Part shown: piece after piece, positions 11,444 through 22,391 of the stretch | How positions within the stretch are numbered: the first letter of the stretch is position 1 | How the letters are laid out: the number at the start of each line of letters is the position of its first letter | Source: Macrostomum lignano | Lineage: Eukaryota | Direction of reading: 5' to 3' | NCBI GenBank assembly: GCA_002269645.1 | Contig: NIVC01002264.1 | Coordinates: forward strand, 1-64,000 | Length of the DNA: 64,000 bases | Position numbers and translations under genes: made by a program | The notes under the pieces: model-generated | What the model saw: the letters and a program-made list of their open reading frames with translations, nothing else | The model's database searches: none | Told to the model about the DNA's origin: nothing

Positions 11444-12904
11444 TTAAATCAGTCGTGTATCCTCCAGCGACTCAATCGCTGCGTCGTACACAAACCGGTA
11501 CTGCCTAGGCGACGCTACTAGGCGCATTCGCTGACCGCGCAGTGCGCACAGCAGCGTTGGCAGGCTCAATGGCAGGTTGTGCTGCAGGCAGGCCCTGAAC
11601 ACCAGGGCGCACAGGGCCAGGCCGCAGTGGCTGGCGCCGTCACTGCAGTGCAGCATCAGCCGGACAGTTTGACGTCGCGTCGATACGTCGCCGTGTTCTT
11701 CCGCAACGTCGTTGTCAAACACTTTGCTCTGCACTCTGCCGCTACTCGTACTAGAAGCTGATTCGTCCAAGTTGCTGTCAGCCTGAAGCTGCAGTTGAAG
11801 CGCACGACGGAGTGCATCCAGTTCATCTAGGAAAGCTGCGGGTTGAGTTCCGTAGGACAATACGAAAAAGGGATACCCGTAAATGTAAGGAAATACATCT
11901 AACCAGTGCTGACTCCTGAGCACACACAAGTGCGCCAATACTGTACCCAGGCACGCACTCACACAAACGCTCACACAGGGTGTACAGCGGCCCTGACTTT
12001 CTAATCGTCAGGCATGTACACTCTCTGTGCTTTGGGGGGGGGTTCGGCCCTCATAGCTGTGAATTGCACAAACAAGCACCAAAGAATGAACGAATTCGGC
12101 CTTGCACGGGATCGAACCAAAGGGTCGTCGTGGCGCGAGACCCAGACGTGCTCTGCACCACAAGAGCACAAGACTTGAATAAACTGGTAGACGACTGCCT
12201 CTCTGACTCTTACTATATCGAATTAGTCTAGTTACTACTGCAGAACTCACTGAGGAAATCGCGCAAGCTGCTTGGCACGGAGCCATCGCTAGTCCAGCCG
12301 CCGGCGTAGCGAAGCAACCAAACGTCGCGACAATGTTTTCGTCGAATGCCGACTTCACGACCTACTCCGGCCTGGGTCAGACGAACCAGCCTAGGAACTG
12401 CGGAACCCCCGCTGCGACTACTAGGAACTAATTGAACTACTAAGCCGTCCTCGCAGACTAAACGATCCTCGTTGCCAAGGCAACAGTCTTCGGCGCTATC
12501 ATCAATCTGGGCAACCACCCTGGCGCCGCTGTGCCAAACTGAGCGCCAGAAATCCGACCGATTGTCACCAGGACTGACCGCGGCTACAAATGCGCTGGCC
12601 GCGTCCAGACAGGCTGTCACTGAAGTTGATTCGAGGGCGAGTCGCGCCGTTGCCGACTGAGCCTTCGATGGTTAGTTAATCGAAGACAGGCCACGTCAAT
12701 CATTGAAGCATTGTAATAGCCGCTAGGATTGGCAGGCGTTGGCGGCAGCGTCACTCGATTGAAATCGTAGGGAATAGCGGTGGAATCGTCTTGGGCAGTG
12801 GCATTAGCCGCCACTGTAGTCTTGCTAGACAATGACGCCAATGGAATTGAAGCGAATTCAGCTGTCAAATCAACCTCGGATCGGTGCAGCTCCAGCTGAT
12901 GGCG
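11444..12904 (-). CDS. PTPN14/PTPN21 (Pez)-like protein tyrosine phosphatase domain with degenerate catalytic motifs. Exons about 12904-12695, 12662-12251 and 11835-11444
   Basis: IPYDFNRVTLPPTPANPSGYYNAS, DFWRSVW, WTSDGSVPSSLRDFL, HCSDGASHCG, QRMRLV...QYRFVY and a C-terminal TRLI*. Donor A|GTGAGT at 12251/12250 and acceptor CGCAG| at 11836/11835 are phase-compatible. The 12695/12662 junction is either a 32-nt intron or a 1-bp deletion. The 5' end is uncertain (acceptor at 12905 or ATG at 12985). Confidence 0.75.
11900..12165 (-). mobile_element. Diverged tRNA-derived SINE (family A-related) inside the PTP intron
   Basis: B-box GGTTCGATCCC on the minus strand; body GTGTACAGCGGCCCT..CTTT..CAGGCATGTACA is shared with the copies at about 40.3 kb and 57.2 kb. 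Confidence 0.65.
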
Positions 12905-14588
12905 CTGCGGGGTGCAGGTGAACGATTGAATGAAAGTCACTCGAGAATAAACGTGCAAATTTTGAGCGTTTAGCAAAGACCTCATTGAATTTTAAGCCAT
13001 AGACAAAGGGACTGTCGACTTAAGCTCATACGAGCTAAAGTGGAGCCTGAGTAACCTACGTACACAAATGATACGTCATTCTGCTCACAGTGACACCAGG
13101 ATGCTGGGTCTGGCAAAAAGCGACAAAAATTGGACTTGGGATAGGGGATAACAACCAAGGGCATAATTAGGGACTCCACTTTATAAGATTAGGTTGATAT
13201 AATAGTTACTAATCATCCATGGCTTTGTCTATAACTTTTTATGGGTTGTCTATGGAAAATCTCTGACACGCTGCTACGTCAGACTGATGACGGCGACGCA
13301 ACAATTTGAATGAATAAAACCAAACAGGACGCAAAAGAGGTATATTACTTAGGCGTCACTTCTAAGTTCTAACCTCAAAGCCAGCCAAGAGTGAGCTTTC
13401 TGGGTCTGGATACGGTTTGGAGTAGGATCGGCCATAAACAAACCTCGATATGGAAGAAGTCTGCTGTGCTGTGCGCGTAGGGAATAGTGAATGAACTGAG
13501 TAATATACTCAATATCGAATATCCATTCAATTCGGCTTAGGACAAAACTCATAGTGCCCGAAAGTTAGAAAGTTGGATTTCTGCATCAACAGGAACTCAC
13601 AGATAGCAGAGGCCATCATCAATATTGACATAATAATAAGATTTACAACTAACTCAACAGACAGGTCGTCAGCTCTCCGTTTTGAAGAGAAATAATGTAG
13701 CTAAGAAGTGAGCTATCCGAGGATTATGGTATCTGTAAGCTTACCAATTCGTCTCGTGGTACGGAGCTAACAGTTGAGCATTCAGCAGTTTTCTCCAATA
13801 ACAAATTAGCCGTGCTAACAGTTAATGCTGTCTGCATTTTTTAATATTAGGGGCTCTATTTGAATTGATTTGCTGTGGTTTTACTAGACTTCAAGAAGCC
13901 AAATAAAACTCGCCACTTATTCCTTACAGTGTATTTAAAGCTGCATTTTTAGGGCTAAAAATAGCAATTCTTAGATTGGTTGCCAAAAAATCCACAGCAG
14001 CAGAAAGAGCTGAGAGAAGAGAAGAGAAATTACATGTACAGAAATTGCCAGTGACTCAGCAAGCCAAGGAAATATATTTTTCTAGCAAATTTTACCCACC
14101 CCCAGAAAAAATTGAATTACACTAACCTGCACAAGACTATGTAGCATAACTCATACCTTAGTAGCATTTTTCTAAATCTACACTAAGGAATGAAATGCTG
14201 CACAGGGGCCACAGTGAGTGGGTAAGCGATCGAGTGGGGCTTTGAGCCAAGAGCACACAGTATACGCTCTCACATGGCTTCCAACAAGAATGGAATTAGC
14301 AACACGGTGCAACTAACTGCCTTGTTTAACAGTTTAATACAGTCGAGCATGCAGCGTAGATTTATAGGGCTCACCTATAAATGCATATTGTGGCGGCAGT
14401 TGTCGCGAAAATTAATTAACTTAACTAGTAGCTGAAATTAGAATGGCGGTATAACAAGAACGGTGCGGAAACTAAAACTAATTCTGTGTTCTGTTTTTTT
14501 ACATGAAGATCCTATAGAGAAATTTGCGTTTTGGCGTAGCATCGCAATGCGTTTTCGTAGAGTTGATTAAAAGGCTCAATTGCTGCCT

Positions 14589-14690
14589 ACTCACAAACTG
14601 GACACTTCACAAACTGGATAACTCACAAACTGGAAAATTCACAAACTGGACAATTTACAAACTGGATACATTAAAAACTAGATAATTTAC
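14589..14690. repeat. Short tandem repeat, about 16-17 bp unit (TCACAAACTGGA..)
   Basis: About 5-6 degenerate copies read directly. Confidence 0.8.
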
Positions 14691-15019
14691 TGACGATAAC
14701 AAACGAGAAATCCTAAGGAAAAATAATTTTATAGCTCATAGTCTAAAAGACATTCCTACCTTTAATAAACGGAGCGCTTAATAAGCACCCATAAAGCAGG
14801 GATCTGAATTTGCTCTCTTGACCCGATAATAAACGTTTGTAAATTTTCATTCTCATATCACACCGTAGGCGTCTGAAAGAAAAAAAACAGATATAAATTT
14901 GAAGCCTATACGCGTGTATTTCTCGTAGATAACAATTATGCTATTGCTTTAAGCTACATCAATAGACTGGAAGAAACATTAGACTGAGAAGCTGAGTCAA
15001 TAATGGAAACGAAGAAACA

Positions 15020-16670
15020 AGGATATGAAGGGAAGGGATGCTGTAGATATGAAGGGAAGGGATGCTGTAGATATGAAGGGAAGGGATGCTGTAGATATGA
15101 AGGGAAGGGATGCTGTAGATATGAAGGGAAGGAATGCTGTAGATATGAAGGGAAGGAATGCTGTAGATATGAAGGGAAGGGATGCTTTAGATATGAAGGG
15201 AAGAGATGCTGTAGATATGAAGGGAAGGAATGCTGTAGATATGAAGGGAAGGAATGCTGTAGATATGAAGGGAAGGGATGCTGTAGATATGAAGGGAAGG
15301 GATGCTGTAGATATGAAGGGAAGGGATGCTGTAGATATGAAGGGAAGAGATGCTGTAGATATGAAGGGAAGGAATGCTGTAGATATGAAGGGAAGGAATG
15401 CTGTAGATATGAAGGGAAGGGATGCTGTAGATATGAAGGGAAGGGATGCTGTAGATATGAAGGGAAGAGATGCTGTAGATATGAAGGGAAGAGATGCTGT
15501 AGATATGAAGGGAAGGAATGCTGTAGATATGAAGGGAAGGGATGCTGTAGATATGAAGGGAAGGAATGCTGTAGATATGAAGGGAAGGAATGCTGTAGAT
15601 ATGAAGGGAAGGGATGCTGTAGATATGAAGGGAAGGGATGCTGTAGATATGAAGGGAAGGAATGCTGTAGATATGAAGGGAAGGAATGCTGTAGATATGA
15701 AGGGAAGGAATGCTGTAGATATGAAGGGAAGAGATGCTGTAGATATGAAGGGAAGGAATGCTGTAGATATGAAGGGAAGGAATGCTGTAGATATGAAGGG
15801 AAGGGATGCTGTAGATATGAAGGGAAGGGATGCTGTAGATATGAAGGGAAGGGATGCTGTAGATATGAAGGGAAGGAATGCTGTAGATATGAAGGGAAGG
15901 GATGCTGTAGATATGAAGGGAAGGAATGCTGTAGATATGAAGGGAAGGAATGCTGTAGATATGAAGGGAAGGGATGCTGTAGATATGAAGGGAAGGAATG
16001 CTGTAGATATGAAGGGAAGGAATGCTGTAGATATGAAGGGAAGGGATGCTGTAGATATGAAGGGAAGGAATGCTGTAGATATGAAGGGAAGGGATGCTGT
16101 AGATATGAAGGGAAGGGATGCTGTAGATATAAAGGGAAGGAATGCTGTAGATATGAAGGGAAGGGATGCTGTAGATATGAAGGGAAGGAATGCTGTAGAT
16201 ATGAAGGGAAGGGATGCTGTAGATATGAAGGGAAGGGATGCTGTAGATATGAAGGGAAGGAATGCTGTAGATATGAAGGGAAGGGATGCTGTAGATATGA
16301 AGGGAAGGGATGCTGTAGATATGAAGGGAAGGGATGCTGTAGATATGAAGGGAAGGAATGCTGTAGATATGAAGGGAAGGAATGCTGTAGATATAACGGG
16401 AAGAGATGCTGTAGTGCTGTAGATATAACGGGAAGGGATGCTGTAGTGCTGTAGATATAACGGGAAGGGATGCTGTAGTGCTGTAGATATGAAGGGAAGG
16501 GATGCTGTAGTGCTGTAGATATAACGGGAAGGGATGCTGTAGTGCTGTAGATATGACGGGAAGAGATGCTGTAGTGCTGTAGATATAACGGGAAGGGATG
16601 CTGTAGTGCTGTAGATATAACGGGAAGAGATGCTGTAGTGCTGTAGATATGAAGGGAAGGGATGCTGTAG
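15020..16670. repeat. Highly homogeneous 24-bp satellite (GATATGAAGGGAAGGGATGCTGTA) changing to a 32-bp unit at the right end
   Basis: About 57 copies of the 24-bp unit, then units with an extra GTGCTGTA from about 16395. Confidence 0.97.
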
Positions 16671-17229
16671 ACATAATGGAATAATTCTGTGTTAGTAGAG
16701 AACAATAAAGCAGCATAGCAGATTTTATTTTAAAATTTGTCAACAATTTTCGCATTTTTCCGCTATTTTATAATATATATTTTAGATACTCAGCGCAATT
16801 TCTCACAGACGCATATTAAACATCGCAATTTGTCATATTTGCGTAGACTACAGCTACAGATGATTACAATATTACTGTTTAGCAGAAAAACACAAATGCA
16901 AAAAATGATTGCAAAGAATATATTAGTTAATTTTATGAAGGGTCAATTTTTTATAGAAATCAAGCTTTCAAGTCAAAGAGCGGGAGGGCTGCGAGACTGA
17001 CTAAAAGCACGCTAATATTTAAACTATCTGTCTGTAGAACTAAAGTACGAGTAGAATTCAAATTTTGCACGTAGACTTAATTTTTTATAAACTCCAGCGG
17101 AAGCAAAATCTAGCAGAAGCAATTAAGATGCAATAAAGCTCAATTTTACAATTTGACTTTTGAGATTAACAAGCAATAACAGTTAGACAATTGTATGAGA
17201 AAAATAGAGAATTCGATAAGAAAGATTAG

Positions 17230-18020
17230 AAATGAGAATAGGATGAGATAGATGAGAATTCGATGAGAAAGATGAGAAGTAAGAGCTGGATGAGATGGAT
17301 GAGAATTCAACGAGATAGATGAGAAGTGAGAACTGGATGAGAAAGATGAGAAGTGAGAATTGGATGAGAACGATGAGAAGTGAGAGCTGGATGAGAAAGA
17401 TGAGCAGTGAGAATTGAATGAGAAAGATGAGCAGTGAGAATTGAATGAGAAAGATGAGCAGTGAGAACTGGATGAGAAAGATGAGAAGTGAGAATTGGAT
17501 GATAAATATGAGAAGTGAGAACTGGATGAGAAAGATGAGCAGTGAGAATTGAATGAAAAAGATGAGAAGTGAGAATTGAATGAGAAAGATGAGCAGTGAG
17601 AATTGAATGAGAAAGATGAGCAGTGAGAATTGAATGAGAAAGATGAGAAGTGAGAATTGAATGAGAAAGATGAGCAGTGAGAATTGAATGAGAAAGATGA
17701 GCAGTGAGAATTGAATGAGAAAGATGAGCAGTGAGAATTGAATGAGAAAGATGAGCAGTGAGAACTGGATGAGAAAGATGAGAAGTGAGAATTGGATGAT
17801 AAAGATGAGAAGTGAGAACTGGATGAGTTAGATGAGCAGTGAGAATTGAATGAGAAAGATGAGCAGTGAGAATTGAATGAGAAAGATGAGCAGTGAGAAT
17901 TGGATGAGAAAGATGAGAAGTGAGAATTGAATGAGAAAGATGAGCAGTGAGAACTGGATGAGAAAGATGAGAAGTGAGAATTGGATGATAAAGATGAGAA
18001 GTGAGAACTGGGTGAGAAGT
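17230..18020. repeat. 27-bp minisatellite (GATGAGAAGTGAGAATTGAATGAGAAA) directly downstream of the MEMO1 stop codon
   Basis: Direct tandem reading. Confidence 0.95.
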
Positions 18021-18049
18021 AGATAGAGTTCACAAACAGATAGAGTTCC

Positions 18050-20035
18050 TTATCGACTGAACAGCGCCCCAGCAGCGTAACTAACAGAAGAATCTTCTTC
18101 ACTGAAACACTTGGACGACTGGGCGTAACGAAGGAAGCGCATTGTCCATCGGTTGCCGCCGCCGGCCGCTGCCAAGGTGGACAACAGCAGAGCTATGGGC
18201 TTTCTGCCGCAGATTGTATTGCCGAAATTGTCCAAATAGTCGGCGAACTGGCCCGCTTCCAGGGACTCGATGGCGCGCATGCCCAGCCGGTCCAGACGCT
18301 CGATGCCTTGCCAGATCGGCTCTCCGGCTCTGCAAGCAATAAAATGTTCGCAGATGACTACTGACAGTAAAAATATTTGCTTTAGTACCAATATTCTAGA
18401 TAAATTCAAACACATTAATTATGGATTCTAAAATCAGAGGATTGTGAAGATTTCGGATTGTGAAGATTGGGGATAGTGAATACCGGGGATTGTGAATATT
18501 TAGGGATTGTGAATATTGGGAATTGTGAAGAATGGGATTGTGAATACTAGGGATTGTGAATATTGGGGATTGCAAGGAATAGGAGTGTGAATAATTGGGA
18601 TTGTGAAGATTAGGGATTTGTGAAGAATGGGATTGTGAATACTAGGGATTGTGAATATTGGGGATTGCAAAGAATAGGAGTGTGAATAATTGGGATTGTG
18701 AAGATTAGGGATTTGTGAAGAATGGGATTGTGAATACTGGGGATTGTGAATATTGGGGATTGTAAAGAATAGGAGTGTGAATAATTGGGGTTGTGAATAG
18801 TAGGGATTGTGAATATTTTTAGGGATTGTGAAGATTAGGGATTGTGAATACTGGGGATTGTGAAGATTAAGGATTATAACTACTTGGGGATCTAAGAATA
18901 GTGAATGAATTCTGCAGTCTATGGCCCAACCTTTGCGGATCTGGATCGCGCCAAGTGTAGCGAAACCGGCGACCCCAGTGGCAGAAGTCGCTGGACACAA
19001 CAAACAACGAGGCCGGGTCCAGCAAGTGAGGAGCCAGCAGGTCGGCGTAGAAAGCAGTCTGGGCAGGGCTGCACTGCCCCACCTAGAGAGCAAGTTTTAG
19101 GTTCGGTTCGGTTGCGCTTTAATACGCTTTATTAGTTAACAATGTGAGGTTTGAAGGAAGTCAGTCAGGTGTAAAATCTACTTCAATAATCAATGCAATT
19201 TCATAACCTAAATGAGTTATAATCCTGTCACAGGTAGACAGAGATAAGCTGTGAGAAATAGACAGAGATAAGCTGTGAGAAATAGACAGATATAAGCCGT
19301 GAGAAATAGACAGATATAAGCCGTGAGAAATAGACAGATATAAGCTGTGAGAAATAGACAGATATAAGCCGTGAGAAATAGACAGATATAAGCTGTGAGA
19401 CATAGACAAGCAGATACAACCCGGTGAGAACATGAACAATCAAAGACGGTAGTAAAACAAACCAAAATTGGCACAACTCCAGCAAATCGTCCGCTAGCCC
19501 GCAGTTTAGCCGTTGCCATAGCAACATAGGGCAATTGCATCTCAACGCTATGCTCAGCTTCGTCGCAATTTCGCGATAATATTTCAAATTTGCCAGCAGA
19601 GTTCAGCGCCGATACGGTGGCCAAATCAACGGCCAAGTCGCCAAGTGGAGTGGCCAGACAGTCGGCAGAGCTGAGGGCGCAGCCGTTCAATCGATAGTGA
19701 TGACTAGGCGCCAGAATGAAAACTCGGACAGGGGCATTGCTACTCAAACTGTCAATAGCCTGAGCCAATAGTCGATAAGAGTAAGCCGCCACAGAGCCGC
19801 TATACCTGTAGCCAGCGTGCGGCGATATGATTGCTTTCAGACTGCCGCAGTTTCTCATATCAACAACTGGATTCGAGGCTCCATCATTATTGTCCTCATT
19901 TGACCCCGATGATTTAGAAGCATTGGCCAGCCAATCGGTTAGTTGCTTCTCTAAAGCAGAGGCATTGTCAGTGTACCAGCTGCCGGCGTGGCTGGCTCTG
20001 CGCTTCCAACTGGAGGCAGCGGCGGTGGCTGACAT
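18050..20035 (-). CDS. MEMO1: Protein MEMO1 (334 aa); exons 20035-19463, 19082-18931 and 18329-18050
   Basis: Motifs [75 protein letters not shown] and [14 protein letters not shown]. All introns are GT-AG and phase-compatible (573+152+280 = 1005 nt). Confidence 0.95.
18435..18868. repeat. Degenerate minisatellite of about 15-16 bp (GGGATTGTGAATATT) filling MEMO1 intron 2
   Basis: Direct reading. Confidence 0.9.
19232..19400. repeat. 24-bp minisatellite (GTGAGAAATAGACAGATATAAGCC) in MEMO1 intron 1
   Basis: About 7 copies. Confidence 0.9.
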
Positions 20036-20388
20036 TTCTCTAGTGAGGCTGCAGTTCAAGATAAAAAATACAAAAATGTATATCCTTGAGGTAGAGCCAC
20101 GGATTGGAGACGGTTTAAGTCTGCAATCTGTCGAAGGTAAGGCTAAACAACAATTTTGGTATTAAATCACGATCGAGTTAGGTAAGATGACAAGATTGCT
20201 TGATTAACCACACCCCTTAAATGTGCAAGAGTTGCTTTACTGTTGCTAACAGTTCATTATTAACTCACAAGAAGTGTGGATCAACTACGTAGCAAACTAA
20301 AGGGCATTTCCAACAATGTCAGTCACCGATGTAGCTGCACTTCATCAATGAACCAATCCCCAAGTTTCCAATTTAAACCCTAGCTGAC

Positions 20389-20965
20389 AATGATGGAATA
20401 TTCTGCGTTCAAGGAGGCCCTCACGGCTAAAAAAGAAGTCAACTTAGTAAGTGAAACAGTTGTTGCGCTCTGAATTTAACTTGCTTGCACCCTAGTAGCC
20501 TGATGTAAGCATTGAGTATGCATGTTTTTACTACATTACAGGTTGAGTCTCTAAAGATGGCTGGCAGGCTTAATTGCCATGACACCATCTGGCACATGAT
20601 TACCAGGCTGCTATCCCACACCCTGCAAATAAGGTATAATTTTTCTGGCACTAATAAGGACATTGCCTTCACTGAGGTCCTGGAACCAATTCTTAAGCAT
20701 AAGTCCCATTTTCTGTATTAAAACAACAAAACCCCAATATTACAGTCACATACTCGTAGTAACATCAAAGCTTTACTATTGCTTTCTCCGTGTTTCAGGT
20801 GCCATAATTGTTATGGATATTGGTGCTACTGACAGCAACATTGAGCACCAAGTCAAGTACTTTTTCCACAATACCAAGGATAGGAAAGGTAGGCAGGATG
20901 CCAGGCAAAAGTGTGTGCATGACAGCGCGGATGCAAGGATGTTGAAAAGTGACCACAAAGTATAA
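20389..20965 (+). pseudogene. DUF4806-like (transposon-associated) spliced gene remnant
   Basis: Exon-like pieces MMEYSAFKEALTAKKEVNL|gtaagt, ag|VESLKMAGRLNCHDTIWHMITRLLSHTLQIRYNFSGTNKDIAF and ag|AIIVMDIGATDSNIEHQVKYFFHNTKDRKGR. The pattern resembles DUF4806 (GG..RIM..L...YN..G..K..F ... W..A.DR.GGR). The second donor appears mutated (ATAAGT). Confidence 0.4.
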
Positions 20966-21509
20966 TGCCTTTGTAAAAGTACAAAGTAAATTATGATTAT
21001 GAGCAAATATTAAACCTAATTTCTAGTTCATTTTGGTATTTTGGTGACAGTTGTTTGTTGCAACTATGTATTCTATTGTTTGTGTTTTTTAATGTTAATA
21101 AATGCTCAACCAAATCTATACCACAACCCTATTAATCCAACCTTTGTTTTTAGCTATTATAGCTACTTTTTCTCTGTCTGTTTTTTTGCTTATAAGCTAA
21201 AAAGTTAATCTTCTATCATTATTAGCATTTGATAATACAGTAGTATGCTTATGGTGGATTTCTTGATGCAATGGTATTTTAATTCAATAAATTTAAAGCT
21301 CTTTGTTGTCTTAATTCACAATCATTTAATCTTAGACATAGGGCCTAATTGTTGGCTGCATATTTTTATAGAGCTAAGATTGATTGAGAACTGAGTCTGG
21401 TAGATATACATATCTAATTACAAAGGGAAATCAATTGAAAGTTATGCTAGGTTTACTATAACTAACTTGGCTCATATAAATTACCACTGCAATATACTAA
21501 CTTGCTAGG

Positions 21510-21634
21510 AATGATGGAGGACATGAGGTGTGGCAGACCACGGATGTCACTTTCCGAGGAATAAATTCAGCTGGTGGCCGACATGGTGATGGAGGACAGG
21601 CGAGTCACGGTTCGCGAGATCGCTGACTTCTCAG
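21510..21634 (+). mobile_element. Mariner-type transposase HTH fragment with an in-frame stop
   Basis: MEDMRCGRPRMSLSEE*IQLVADMVMEDRRVTVREIAD matches the mariner ED.PRSGRP...DRR.T.REIA pattern. Confidence 0.65.
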
Positions 21635-22391
21635 CGAAGACCGCCGTCATCTTCGTCGACGCAACTGCTGCATCCGAGGCCATCGCCGAGCAGCAGCAGC
21701 AGCATCATCGTCAACAACGGCGGAGGTGGCGGCGATGGGCCCGGCGCTGGGTTTATTCAGCCATCTGGCGGCGGTGCAGCAAAACCGGCATTGGTGAGAC
21801 AGCCGCGCTTTGGCCCGTATGGGATCGGCCCGGCTACTGCCAGTCGCCGTTTAGCTATGCAGCCGTCTGTCGCCGTTGCTGCGCGGCTGCGCTCGCCGAC
21901 AACGCCAACGCCATTCCGCGGGCTATTTGCAACCCAGAAGACGCCGCCGACGATGCGGATGTCGGCGCCAGCATCGCCAGCGACGATGAGGATGTCAGCG
22001 TCAGCTCAAGGGCATCCGCTGCTGAAGCGCGTAGCATCGTCGTCATCTGCTTCAGCAGCTGCTCAAGTGTCGTCGCCATATTATCCAGCAGGTACGTAGG
22101 TTGGTAGCGATGTCCAGCAATTAGATTTGTGTCATAGCTTGTGACGAATTTTTTCAATATATATATTTATCGCTGTTGCATGACCCAACTCCTCACCTGC
22201 ATGATCATACAGAGATGGAACGGCGATCGCTGGCTATGGGCTATGAAATGGCGGCCAGAGCAGCGGATGCTGCTGCCGATGGAGACACGGATGTAGCACT
22301 TTTCCATGAGGTTGGCGGCGGCGGCGGCTGTGACCAAAAATTTCATGGGATTTCTTCTCATTTTTTCATGAGAATGACATGGGATTTGTAA
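21635..22391 (+). CDS. Uncharacterised low-complexity (S/G/A/P-rich) protein; exons 21635-22091 and 22213-22391; no upstream ATG found
   Basis: Acceptor TTCTCAG| at 21634, donor G|GTACGT at 22091/22092 and acceptor CATACAG| at 22212. Phases are compatible (636 nt) and composition is GC-rich and coding-like. Confidence 0.5.

Noticed and set aside
12997-13255. 259-bp element bounded by 10-bp CCATAGACAA inverted repeats
   Set aside because: The right part matches a different dispersed repeat end (7890-7945), so the pairing may be a coincidence of two related ends; no TSD.
14954-16755. Four long ORFs (465-583 aa), including a Cys-rich CCRYEGK repeat resembling a metallothionein or keratin-associated protein
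   Set aside because: They are translations of a 24-bp satellite. The unit length is divisible by 3 and most frames lack stops, so several frames on both strands are open. There is no signal peptide or coding context.
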